Source of the DNA: an uncultured Prolixibacteraceae bacterium
GTDB lineage: Bacteria; Bacteroidota; Bacteroidia; Bacteroidales; Prolixibacteraceae
Reading direction: 5' to 3'
DNA length: 34,137 bases
NCBI GenBank assembly: GCA_964558145.1
Contig: CAZLDP010000001.1
Span: 1-34,137 of the forward strand
In this document: positions 20,123 through 29,857 of the stretch, in pieces
How positions within the stretch are numbered: position 1 is the stretch's first letter
Layout of the letters: each line of letters starts with the position of its first letter
Notes under the pieces: model-generated
Told to the model about the DNA's origin: nothing
The model's input: only the letters and a program-made list of their open reading frames with translations
Database searches by the model: none
Position numbers and translations under genes: made by a program

Positions 20123-21826
20123 TTAATTAGCGCTTTTTGAGGCTTCGGCGGTATTACCGTAAACCCCGGTATTTATCCTGCTCCCATTTGGAGATGGTTC
20201 TTTCGCGAAATCATCCTTTGGATCACCAGCATCAATACATGGACTTGTTGTTTCATCGTTAATCCAAGCCGTTCCGTTCCATCTTCCATATTGTGATTTG
20301 AGATGAAAATCATGATTTGCCAGGTCTGCAAATTGAGGATCCGCTATCATATTACCTTCAGGTAACTCAATATTGTACGTCTCTCCCTCTGTGTTATTGA
20401 AAAAACAATTATTAGAAATTATAAAAGAGTGTGTTTCAGACAAATCATTCCTTATTCCATAATAACGGCTGTTAGAAATAATATTATTTTTTACCGTCAT
20501 CCCAAAAGTTAAAGTATCCGGAGGAGGATACCTGTATACATTGTTTTGTATGATTCCGCATTGTCCCGCTCCGTCAATCACATTATTTTTCACAGTAGCG
20601 TTAAATCCGTCGGAGAGGATGCCGTGTCGCCCTGTATTGTATATTTTATTGTGATGAACGTTTACTTCAGCCATTGAAGATTCATAATCCCCGGATCCGA
20701 AAATCCATATTCCAAATGTTTTCGGTTTGTAAATTTCATTGTTGTAAATATTGATCTGATCCATTGGAGTATTGCCCCTCTTCTGGATCTGAATACCTGC
20801 ACCACCTTCGTTATTTGAAGTGATATAGTTATCGTATATTTCAACGATATTTGTATTATACATCCGTATTCCGCAATTTAACCTGCATGTGATTTGATTA
20901 TTATAAACTTGCACATTCCTCCCCTCATTCACACAAACGGCATCGTGTTGTATCCTATTTATCGTGTTGTCATAGATTTGGATATTTTCATTGAAACCCG
21001 GGTTGTTATGCCCTATTAAGATACCATCGCCGTAATTCCCACTCAGATGCATATTATGAATGGAGATATTACTCCCGTTTAAAATAATGCATAAGTAATA
21101 CCGGTCTAACTTTGGCGGCTTAACAACTCCCGGTTCATTCCCGAATAACTGAAATCCTGAAATTTCAATATTCTGATTGGCATTCGACATATTTCCGATT
21201 AATGGGATATATTGTTCCCAATTGGCGCTGTCATGAGGTTGAATTTTCACATCGGCGTCTCCTTTTAGATGGGTATTATCACCAATTTTTACGGTACCGC
21301 CAATAAGAAATGTGAACGGGCCTTTCAGATAAATGGTTCCTCCGCTTAATTGAACAACTTCTGTCAATGCCTTGTTTATGATGGTATCACTACGGGTATT
21401 GTCGGCGGTGCAAGAATAAATGTTCTTCAGCGTTCCCTGTTGATCATAAACAAGTACATTACCGGCTTCTATGGAACCCGGATAACACTTTTTATTCTTG
21501 ACCGCTCCGTTAATGGCTGTTCCGGTAAAAGGTTCGGATGTTTGACCCGGTGTTCCCCTATAGGTGAATGTCAATTTTCCTTTACAATGACCTGCATCAT
21601 CAAAACCCGCTGTCAATAGTTGATCGCCTTCTTCCCGCGTCAATTTGCGGGAGGTATCTTCATAGGCTACGCGGAGTTCGGGATCATCAGGCAAGCCAAC
21701 GTGAATGGTGATCTCTTTTTCAATTGGCTCTTCCCCTGTAGGGATATTCACCTCCCCTTTGGAATAACCGACGGCCAGTACCAGCAGCATAGCCATCGCA
21801 GTTATAATTATCTTATATTGTTTCAT
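20123..21826 (-). CDS. Right-handed parallel beta-helix protein, disaggregatase-related-like, with a Bacteroidota-type N-terminus
   Basis: Repeated N-I-x-I-Y-N-N-x-I rungs; C-terminal DPQFAD...DFHLKSQYGRWNG...SPCIDAGDP...EPSPNGSRINTGVYGNTAEASKS. Confidence 0.8.
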   Translation of the reverse strand: MKQYKIIITAMAMLLVLAVGYSKGEVNIPTGEEPIEKEITIHVGLPDDPELRVAYEDTSRKLTREEGDQLLTAGFDDAGHCKGKLTFTYRGTPGQTSEPFTGTAINGAVKNKKCYPGSIEAGNVLVYDQQGTLKNIYSCTADNTRSDTIINKALTEVVQLSGGTIYLKGPFTFLIGGTVKIGDNTHLKGDADVKIQPHDSANWEQYIPLIGNMSNANQNIEISGFQLFGNEPGVVKPPKLDRYYLCIILNGSNISIHNMHLSGNYGDGILIGHNNPGFNENIQIYDNTINRIQHDAVCVNEGRNVQVYNNQITCRLNCGIRMYNTNIVEIYDNYITSNNEGGAGIQIQKRGNTPMDQINIYNNEIYKPKTFGIWIFGSGDYESSMAEVNVHHNKIYNTGRHGILSDGFNATVKNNVIDGAGQCGIIQNNVYRYPPPDTLTFGMTVKNNIISNSRYYGIRNDLSETHSFIISNNCFFNNTEGETYNIELPEGNMIADPQFADLANHDFHLKSQYGRWNGTAWINDETTSPCIDAGDPKDDFAKEPSPNGSRINTGVYGNTAEASKSAN

Positions 21827-21833
21827 TCGATAA

Positions 21834-22286
21834 TTAATCTCTAAAGGGATCCGGTATTTTTACCAGGTCTTCCACCAATTTACCTTCATATTCAAACCTT
21901 GCAAAGGTATACACATTACCATCCTTATCCAAAGCAATCGAATTCACATAGGTAGGACGGGATCCATCCTCATAAAAGATGGGGCCATGGTCGATGTACC
22001 TATTGGTAGGTATGTGATAGTTGACTAAGTGAAGGTTCTCCAATCCCCTTGCCGCACCCATCGCGATCTTCTCTTTCCCCTTCACTCTTTTCCCGTCTTC
22101 ATAAATTGGTCCTCCTGTCAGGTAGTACAAGGTTTCTTTGTCGTGTGCCAAGTTAAAACCCGAAAAGTAAGATGTGGCTGTTAATTGCTTTTCTTCCATT
22201 GTTTGCTTTTTTTGATTGTTTACATTTGAACAACCTGTTACTATCGTTGCAATAAGTATTACAAATAAAATCCTCCTTTCCCTCGT
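21834..22286 (-). pseudogene. Internally deleted beta-propeller-type lipoprotein
   Basis: Frame extends upstream of ATG 22199 to ACG 22286, encoding a lipoprotein signal (RERRILFVILIATIVTGC); only ~150 codons remain; NSIALDKDGNVY blade-like motif. Confidence 0.6.
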
Positions 22287-22288
22287 GA

Positions 22289-23584
22289 TTAATTAACCAT
22301 TAATAATTTTGCTATTGCTTCTAAAAGCACACCCTCGGCTTCAGGAGTTACTTTGGCGACCTCTACTTCATAACCGCCTTGTGGGAAAGCCGCCGCCGGT
22401 GGAATATATCCAAACCCAAGATCGCCATATGCCGCCATAGCGACAAATATGTCGGGGCGCATTTTTTTTGCTGCGATTTGATATTCAATCAACAATTCTC
22501 CAGGCATGAAAAGAACATTTGCTTTATTCCCGATTGCCAAACATTGCAAATCAACTTTTTTACCCGATTTGTACCGTTCCCAAAGAACCCCGCCAGTCTT
22601 AACAGAATCCACGGGTAAAGCAACAGGCTCAAAGTTCCATTTAATGTCGGAAGCGGTAACGGAAATACGTTTGGTATTCTCCCATGCCCGTTTCATCCCG
22701 TCAGCAACTCTTTCAGCCAAAATACCTCTGTTTTCGTGCGAGCCATCGTTGTATTTACCAGCTCCCACGTTTCCACCTGCTCCCGTGAAATAAATCTGTA
22801 ACGCGCCGGGAACGGCAAGTTGCCGATAAAAACGGGCAATACCTGGATAATCAGGATTCGGTTTCCCTGTGCCATAATAGCTTTGAGGGTGTGTGGCATA
22901 AAAGTTCAACACGGCAATCGGTTTGTCGCCGCTCCAAAAACTTACTGCAGAAAGCATCGGGTCGATCAATCCTTCGGGCTCGGCCCTTAAAGCAGAATCC
23001 TTACAAGCTGTCCAACGCATGGCCTTTACTTTACCGTCACTGCCGAGAATCCTCCGGTTTGAGGCCACCTCAAACACCTGCGCTTCCCCAAATCCAATGT
23101 GTGTAACGGGCATTAAAGTTTCGAATGAACTTGCTACTGCCACTTCGAGACGTTGTTTAACAGACAATGCAAAAGTATCGTTGACGGCGTCACGGGGATA
23201 AGGAGTGTCGTGCTGGTGAATAACGTGAACGGCCACCCGTTCGGGCGTGGTTCCGGCAGCTCGGGCAAGCGAACGCTTAAACTCGTCGTAACAGTCGTTC
23301 GCTATACCGAGCCAATCCAACGAAACCAACACAATGGGTTTCTCTGCCCCTGACAATACAATCCCTTTTGCACGAAGCCCCAAATCCCACGTATTTACCA
23401 CAACCCCATACGGCATTTTATAACCAACAGGAGGGGTTATATCGATATCAAAAATAGTTGCTTGCAATCCTTCCGTGGCCGGTTTATTTTGAATATCATT
23501 TTTTCCTTGAACAGATTCAGCAAAAAATGACATGAACAGAATCAGATACAGATTCAAAACTATCACTGATATAATTTTTTTCAT
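22289..23584 (-). CDS. Secreted neutral/alkaline ceramidase-like metal-dependent amidohydrolase (hypothetical)
   Basis: DITPPVG; RAKGIVL; HQHD; NFYATHP; GAGGNV; MPGE; GYIP...GGYE. Confidence 0.65.
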   Translation of the reverse strand: MKKIISVIVLNLYLILFMSFFAESVQGKNDIQNKPATEGLQATIFDIDITPPVGYKMPYGVVVNTWDLGLRAKGIVLSGAEKPIVLVSLDWLGIANDCYDEFKRSLARAAGTTPERVAVHVIHQHDTPYPRDAVNDTFALSVKQRLEVAVASSFETLMPVTHIGFGEAQVFEVASNRRILGSDGKVKAMRWTACKDSALRAEPEGLIDPMLSAVSFWSGDKPIAVLNFYATHPQSYYGTGKPNPDYPGIARFYRQLAVPGALQIYFTGAGGNVGAGKYNDGSHENRGILAERVADGMKRAWENTKRISVTASDIKWNFEPVALPVDSVKTGGVLWERYKSGKKVDLQCLAIGNKANVLFMPGELLIEYQIAAKKMRPDIFVAMAAYGDLGFGYIPPAAAFPQGGYEVEVAKVTPEAEGVLLEAIAKLLMVN

Positions 23585-23586
23585 GA

Positions 23587-24972
23587 CTATTTATTTATTA
23601 ACTGCTCAGCGTTGTTATACACTTTTTCGATAGCAACTGCTATGTTTTTCATATCCGATGTGGAGCCCAGCAGAATGTTTTGTGAAATCCAGACAGCCTG
23701 TTCGTTACACAATTTTTCATTCAGCGGGCACTTGTTTTCCTCGGCGTATTTTTCATAATCCAACCGTTCTGCCGGGTAGAATTTCCGGTAATATTTACTT
23801 TCAAATGCATTTTTCAAATAAGGCATTTTATTGAGTTCACTGTAACCTCCTGAACAGGGAACTCCCTCGGCACGCAACGCTTCTATGAATTTATTTCGGG
23901 GCAATTCTTTAAAATTTTCTTTATTATACAAGAATGGAAATAAATGAAAAGCGGCTCTCGTGACATTTTCATACAATCTATAGGGTACGATTCCCGGAAT
24001 CTTTTCGATCAACGATTTAAGATATCGTGCATTTTCGTTTCTTATAGTGGTCTGTTCTTCCAAGCGTTCAAGTTGTGCCAGTCCTATTGCTGCCTGATAC
24101 TCAGTAATGCGCAATTTTGTACCGATCATGACAGTGCCGGCCCCTATTTGGCCTGCAGTAGAACCGTACGGGTTCCCATAATTGTGATAGGAGAAACACC
24201 TGTCCATGAATGCATCATCGTCACTGATGATGGCGCCTCCTTCGCCCATCGGCATATTTTTGGAAGTCTGAAAACTGAAACATCCCGCATTTCCGAAAGT
24301 GCCTATTTTTTTGCCGTTTATCTCGGCCAACCAAGCCTGGCAGGCATCTTCAACCACCAAAAGGTTGTGTTTACGGGCGATATTCATGATCCGTTCCATA
24401 TCGCAGGGGAGTCCAAGGATATGAACGGGCAGGATTGCCCGGGTGTGGGGAGTTATCTTTTCTTCTATCTTATCGGGATCCATCTGGAAAGTTTCGGGAT
24501 CAACATCCACGAAAACGGGAATGGCTCCGTTGAACAGGATACACGATACGGACGCGATAAAGGTGTAAGGTGTAACCAGTACTTCATCGCCCCAGCCGAT
24601 TTCTAACTGAGCCAAAGAGGTATTGAGGGCATTGGTGCCGTTTACAACAGCCAGGCACCGTTTAGCGCCCATCAGTTGCGCCCATTTCTTTTCAAATTCA
24701 TCGGTGACTTTATTTCTCGACCAAACACCGCTCTGCATTACTTCCAATAATCTTTTCTCATCTGTTTCCGGTTTCCACATCGGCCATGAAGGCCAATCGT
24801 GGGAGGTTATCTGAGGCTCTCCTCCTAAAATGGCAAGCGAGGTTTTGTTTACCGCCGTACAACCTGCCTGCACCATATTTGCTGTTCCGGCTCCAAGAGC
24901 AGCTCCGGTTCCAACAATTAAATTTGTTTTAATGAACTCACGACGTGAGTGAGTTTTTGCGAAAAGTTTCAT
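23587..24972 (-). CDS. Tat-exported DegT/DnrJ/EryC1/StrS PLP-dependent aminotransferase
   Basis: SRREFIK; NGTNAL; GDEVLVTPYTFIAS; EDACQA; FSFQTSKNMPMGEGG (PLP lysine). Confidence 0.9.
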   Translation of the reverse strand: MKLFAKTHSRREFIKTNLIVGTGAALGAGTANMVQAGCTAVNKTSLAILGGEPQITSHDWPSWPMWKPETDEKRLLEVMQSGVWSRNKVTDEFEKKWAQLMGAKRCLAVVNGTNALNTSLAQLEIGWGDEVLVTPYTFIASVSCILFNGAIPVFVDVDPETFQMDPDKIEEKITPHTRAILPVHILGLPCDMERIMNIARKHNLLVVEDACQAWLAEINGKKIGTFGNAGCFSFQTSKNMPMGEGGAIISDDDAFMDRCFSYHNYGNPYGSTAGQIGAGTVMIGTKLRITEYQAAIGLAQLERLEEQTTIRNENARYLKSLIEKIPGIVPYRLYENVTRAAFHLFPFLYNKENFKELPRNKFIEALRAEGVPCSGGYSELNKMPYLKNAFESKYYRKFYPAERLDYEKYAEENKCPLNEKLCNEQAVWISQNILLGSTSDMKNIAVAIEKVYNNAEQLINK

Positions 24973-25274
24973 GGGTATTTATTATTTTAATTAAATATTT
25001 TTACAAAACGTTAGGATTATACTGTCACCCATACATCTCTCCAGTAATCAGGGCCATAAAAGATTTTTACCAACAGGTGAAATCCATTCCTTAACTATCT
25101 TTTAGGCTCTGGCGATGTCGAACTTAAGGCTAAATATTCTAATTTGCAAGTATCAGGCAGTATTAGCACATAGGGTTTACAATTTATTATGACGTTATGG
25201 CTTTTTTTGCTCCTTCATAAAGCGTTTTTCGGGTTTCGTCGAAGGGATATAGATGAGATTCCTTAAAAATTTAC

Positions 25275-27935
25275 TCACTGTTTTATCTGATTTGCCTTAT
25301 CCTTTAAAGCATTCCCCCAGTCCTGTGCCGATGGGCAGCAATTAAAACGAATCCCCTTTAACCACCTGCTCTGTATGTGATATGTGAGCGGTTTGCCTTT
25401 TTCGTATTGTAAGACGACGCGATGCTCGTTAGGTTGCTCATCCCATCTTACAAACCGGTTCGAAGGGAATATCACTCCTATGCCTATCCATCCGATTTCA
25501 GGATTCTGGAACCCCCAGCTTCCCATGATTCCCGTTTGTTTATCCATCATGAACGTTTCTTCCGGTAAACGTGTCAAGCCTATGCCGATTTCTATTTTCT
25601 CACCTTGAGAAATACCTTCCACCTCAACTTCAATCGATGAATCTTCCCTGTCAGCAAGTACAGTAGGCCGTATTCTCACTTTATAGGGTTTATCCGGCAC
25701 GACCTTTTCAGCTACAAACTCAAGCGTTATTTTTTCGTTGGTTTCTTCAACCAAATGACCGGAGAAAGCAGGAGTGGTTTGTTTCGGTTCAACACGTACG
25801 GGATAAGCCGCACCATTGACGTAAAGAATTAATCCTCCGCAACCGCTGCTGTTCCCGATCTCGAGAATGTCCATTCCCCATTCGTTCCTATCGTAATGAT
25901 AATTTTCTTTCGTAATTTCAGCAAAACGGGGAAAGATAAGCTGCTTTGATCTCTTGCCAAACAAATCGAAATGACCCTCATAAAATCGGAAAGCCGCATC
26001 TTCCGATTCCCAACGCCAGTTTGAGGAGGGATTTTCTGTCCATGCCACCCGTTGCCGGGGCGGTTGGTTCTTCCTTTGACTGTTCCATTCTCGATAATCT
26101 TGTTCGGGCATTTTTACTCTAAATTCTTTACAGAGCATTCTGATCATCGCATCCACATTATTCTTGCCCCGGGCAGTATAAAAAGCTTTCCAAAAAGGAC
26201 GGGAACCTGTCTTCAGTTCCTTAAGTTGAATGATTTGACGATCGCAAGCGAGATTCAGATAGAATAAGATGGATTCATCACTGACAGCAAGTTTGCGGGA
26301 AACCTCATCGGTAAAGAATTCGTTTTTCATATTCTGTTGTATCAATCTCCACACGGGATCCTCTTCTGCGTCTTTTTTGATCGATTTCAATACAGTTATC
26401 AACGTTTTGTTCAATAGATATTTCTGCGCCGGCATGGAAGCAAGTACAGGTTCATATACCGAAAACAGCCCTTCGAAAGTCCATGGTACCGGTTTTACAT
26501 CGGAAATATCAAGGTTCCACGAATCGTCAATGGTACCGTCGTGACCGATATCCAACGTAATTTTGTTTAAGATGCCGTCTTTATTGGTATCGATCCAGCT
26601 ATAATACATATCGGAATTGTTGTCTCCATCAAAATCTACATTCATCCATGCTTGATCGGAATATTTGATATGTACCCGATAATCGGATGGATTGAAGTAA
26701 AACTCATTGGGTTTCGAGGGTTCAAGCGCCAACTCATAACGTTTATTGTAAGGCCCGCAATCGGGCCCGCCCACCCGTGGCATATAAAATGTGGAATCGG
26801 GCGATTCAGCAGCTATTACACCTTCCCAGCGGTCGATCGTGTCATTTGGCTTGTTCCATGCCCTGTTCAGATCTATTTCATCCCATGTAAACAAAACGCG
26901 TCCCCAAGTAATGCCGCTTAAATATTGCGTGGCTGTTGCCCCTTTAAGAAACGGACCGGCGGGTATTCCACGTATGGTAATTGTTTCACTTTCTTTTTCT
27001 GTTATTCTTAAAACAGCATTGGTTTTGGAAGGAATCCATCCTGGAGCTAAAGCCGTGATGCCCGCATCAAAATTCCGGGGCTGTTCCAACGTACCATCAT
27101 TATCGGCATCAAAGCTCCAGCGGACGCTCCGGAAATCATCATCATGGCCGGCTATACGGATGACTTCTTCCGTAACCCCATCCTTATCACAGTCATAGAA
27201 TAGGAACGGATTTTCTGAAAACGGTATCCACCTGTTTTTCCCGGGTGAAAAATAGAAGCTGCAGAAAGATTCATCCCCTCCGAAATGTGTTTTATATTGG
27301 CATAACGTTTGGTCATATTTATAATCAACATTATACCAAAGCAAATTATCATCCCCATCGTCGCTACTCCACCATACCCGCAATCCATAGTTTGAATCAA
27401 AGAAAAACATGCCCATCCGGTCTACGTCGCCGTCGTCATCCAGATCTTCATAATCTATCACCACATCAACAGTTCCGTCGGCATTCCAGTCTGCAATCCA
27501 GAGATCGCTATGGAGGTCAGGTTCACCCCCAAATTTCAGATCTCCGTTTTCATCCATGACGCGAACTAAAACCGGCCGGTTTTTTTCCCGGTGCCTGCGG
27601 TCGGTGTCAATAAACCACACTTCTTCCGGCTTGCCGTCTTTATTCCGATCCACATAATGGCGTTTCCCCGGTTTATCCGATTGAACCAGCTTAACCATGG
27701 CTGAATCCAAAATAGCAGCATCCCCGAAAACCTGCTCGAAAGCTATCTGTTTTGGATTTTTTAATTCTGATATCACATTGGGTTTGATACCCTTTGTCAG
27801 CAAACTGTTTTCAAAAGGATTTTCTCCTGAGGCTTTATTTGCTACGAAAAATAAAAAAAGGAAAACAATGGGAAAAGATATTTTCGCATACAAATAGCTT
27901 TTCCCATTTGTTACTTCCGAACTCGAATAAAACAT
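25275..27935 (-). CDS. Large secreted protein with DxDGD repeats and DUF4861-like C-terminus (paralog B)
   Basis: Colinear with 13412..16033: AFEQVFGD, PGKRHY, DGKPEEVWFIDT, GGPDCGPYNKRYEL, GSWGFQ.PEIGWIG shared. Confidence 0.75.
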   Translation of the reverse strand: MFYSSSEVTNGKSYLYAKISFPIVFLFLFFVANKASGENPFENSLLTKGIKPNVISELKNPKQIAFEQVFGDAAILDSAMVKLVQSDKPGKRHYVDRNKDGKPEEVWFIDTDRRHREKNRPVLVRVMDENGDLKFGGEPDLHSDLWIADWNADGTVDVVIDYEDLDDDGDVDRMGMFFFDSNYGLRVWWSSDDGDDNLLWYNVDYKYDQTLCQYKTHFGGDESFCSFYFSPGKNRWIPFSENPFLFYDCDKDGVTEEVIRIAGHDDDFRSVRWSFDADNDGTLEQPRNFDAGITALAPGWIPSKTNAVLRITEKESETITIRGIPAGPFLKGATATQYLSGITWGRVLFTWDEIDLNRAWNKPNDTIDRWEGVIAAESPDSTFYMPRVGGPDCGPYNKRYELALEPSKPNEFYFNPSDYRVHIKYSDQAWMNVDFDGDNNSDMYYSWIDTNKDGILNKITLDIGHDGTIDDSWNLDISDVKPVPWTFEGLFSVYEPVLASMPAQKYLLNKTLITVLKSIKKDAEEDPVWRLIQQNMKNEFFTDEVSRKLAVSDESILFYLNLACDRQIIQLKELKTGSRPFWKAFYTARGKNNVDAMIRMLCKEFRVKMPEQDYREWNSQRKNQPPRQRVAWTENPSSNWRWESEDAAFRFYEGHFDLFGKRSKQLIFPRFAEITKENYHYDRNEWGMDILEIGNSSGCGGLILYVNGAAYPVRVEPKQTTPAFSGHLVEETNEKITLEFVAEKVVPDKPYKVRIRPTVLADREDSSIEVEVEGISQGEKIEIGIGLTRLPEETFMMDKQTGIMGSWGFQNPEIGWIGIGVIFPSNRFVRWDEQPNEHRVVLQYEKGKPLTYHIQSRWLKGIRFNCCPSAQDWGNALKDKANQIKQ

Positions 27936-27992
27936 ACGTTCAAGCTTTATTGGCAGTTAACATGAATATCGTTTCTCTCATTATATCAAAGA

Positions 27993-29807
27993 TTATTTTT
28001 TGCTTGGCCTCCCCTCATCAATTATCTCTGTCAATGGAGGTTTATTTAATTCATCGCCCGGATATCCCCTGTTCTGGTTAATAACTCCCATCGTGTTTGT
28101 AGTGATAACCTGTACTTCAATAGGCCAAAATACATATCTTGGAGTTACAATGTATTCGTTTGGTCCAATTTTACCCAACTTGAACCAGGTATTATGACTC
28201 TTTACGCGATCGTACCACCAGTTTTTCTCGTGGAGATTATCAAGACTATAACCATCAATCTTATTACGAGCCATAATGTTGGCGATTCGTACCATCTCGG
28301 AGTGCCGGAACTCTTCCAGGTAGAGTTCGCGCATTCGCTCATCGGCAATATAGTCTATATCTATATCGGCGGCTGTAACGGGTAGTGCCTTAGCCCGTTC
28401 TCTTATTTTATTAATATCTTTGGCAGCATTCACTTTATCTCCCTTCCAGAAATAAGCTTCGGCCCGGATAAGGTATGTCCCAGCCAGTCTAAAAAGGTAC
28501 GAATCTCCATTGCCGCCATACGGCACTCCCTTGTAATCGTCGGCATGCGGATAAAAGGTCTTGTAATATGCCATTGGCCAAAGCCGCAAGCTGTCGTACT
28601 TGTTGGCGAGATACTGAAAATTGATTGGCTTACCATAGTCAACCGACTCGGGATTGTTTGATAGTATTTCACTGGATTCCCACCAACATGCATCTGAGCG
28701 CCTCAAGTCGGGGGTTGTTTTCCAAGTATAACCAAATTCTTCCCAAAGTTCATAACTAAACCATCTTGATTGATAAACATCCGCATTGGCCCGGCCTAAC
28801 TGATAATATTGAGGACCACTTGGTAATGTGGCTTTCTTCCCCTGGCTGTCAAGTACCCATGCCCACCACCACTGGCTGTGGAATCCGCGCATAGTGATTC
28901 TCCATGCCTTGGTATCATCAGGTCCATCCACTCTGTCGATAAGATTCCATATTGCTTCTTTGTTGGTTGGAATGGATTTGTTTTCCGGCCGGTGTAAATC
29001 CCAAATCAAATTATACTGTGCCTTACCGGCGTCAGAGCCGAAACGTTGGGTCATCAATTGGTATGGACCGTTTATCACCTCAGTCGCCGCACTGATGGAT
29101 TTGTCAAATTCCGAGTTGGCCAAATAGAGCTTTGCAAGAAAATGCAGGGCTACGTAGCGATTCAGTTCACCCGGTTCTGACTTTTCCGGCAACCAATCTT
29201 TAGCAAATTCCATGTCTTTGATAATTTTATCAAGGATAGCCCAGCGACTGTGTGTATAAAAATCCAACCTAGCTTCCGTTAATTCATAGCCGATATAGGG
29301 GACATCACCATAGCTTGTAATTAGCCTATAGTACCACCATGCTCTATAAAACATAGCTGAACTCAATATGAAATTTCTATCTTTTTCGTTATCCCATTTA
29401 ATATTATCAATCCTGGAAATGATAACATTCGCGTCTTTGATGTACCCATAAGTCTTGCTGAACATTCCCAAAACGTCATGAACAGTCGCCTTCGAAGAGG
29501 GAGTCATTTTGGTATAGTCGGTTAAATTAAGTCCATATCCATAATCTGATGTGGCATATTCCAACTGCTGGTTATTCCATCCGCCATAGAGTTCATTCTT
29601 GACCATCCGTTTACAGCTAATTAAACCTGCTTCAAATCCCTTCTTGTCAACATACACGTTTTCAGGAGCATAAAAAGAGAGTGGTTCAGGTTTTAAAAAG
29701 TCCTCACTGCATGAGAACAGCACCAACACTGCAGTCAAGAAAACACAGACAATTTTTGCGTAGAGAAATAAATGGAACTTATTTGTGCTTATATATATTT
29801 TTTTCAT
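27993..29807 (-). CDS. susD: SusD/RagB family glycan-binding lipoprotein
   Basis: Lipobox LFSC; FYRAWWYYRL...YGDVP; AKLYL; FRLAGTYLIRAEA; ERMRELYLE; QNRGY; directly downstream of susC. Confidence 0.93.
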   Translation of the reverse strand: MKKIYISTNKFHLFLYAKIVCVFLTAVLVLFSCSEDFLKPEPLSFYAPENVYVDKKGFEAGLISCKRMVKNELYGGWNNQQLEYATSDYGYGLNLTDYTKMTPSSKATVHDVLGMFSKTYGYIKDANVIISRIDNIKWDNEKDRNFILSSAMFYRAWWYYRLITSYGDVPYIGYELTEARLDFYTHSRWAILDKIIKDMEFAKDWLPEKSEPGELNRYVALHFLAKLYLANSEFDKSISAATEVINGPYQLMTQRFGSDAGKAQYNLIWDLHRPENKSIPTNKEAIWNLIDRVDGPDDTKAWRITMRGFHSQWWWAWVLDSQGKKATLPSGPQYYQLGRANADVYQSRWFSYELWEEFGYTWKTTPDLRRSDACWWESSEILSNNPESVDYGKPINFQYLANKYDSLRLWPMAYYKTFYPHADDYKGVPYGGNGDSYLFRLAGTYLIRAEAYFWKGDKVNAAKDINKIRERAKALPVTAADIDIDYIADERMRELYLEEFRHSEMVRIANIMARNKIDGYSLDNLHEKNWWYDRVKSHNTWFKLGKIGPNEYIVTPRYVFWPIEVQVITTNTMGVINQNRGYPGDELNKPPLTEIIDEGRPSKK

Positions 29808-29857
29808 GTTGTTTGTTATTTCTTATTCATGATATGTTATATATGCTTCATATTAGC

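Noticed and set aside
23587-24972. O-antigen or antibiotic biosynthetic cluster suggested by DegT
   Set aside because: No glycosyltransferases, NDP-sugar enzymes or synthases nearby; Tat signal and SusC/D context point to catabolism
25017-25095. Possible minus-strand gene tail (VKEWISPVGKNLLWP/DYWRDVWVTV) between DegT and paralog B
   Set aside because: Needs a frameshift and matches no family I can name; blastx required
27880-29770. Shared LYAKI pentapeptide in the signal regions of SusD and paralog B
   Set aside because: Codons differ and the match is short; likely coincidence
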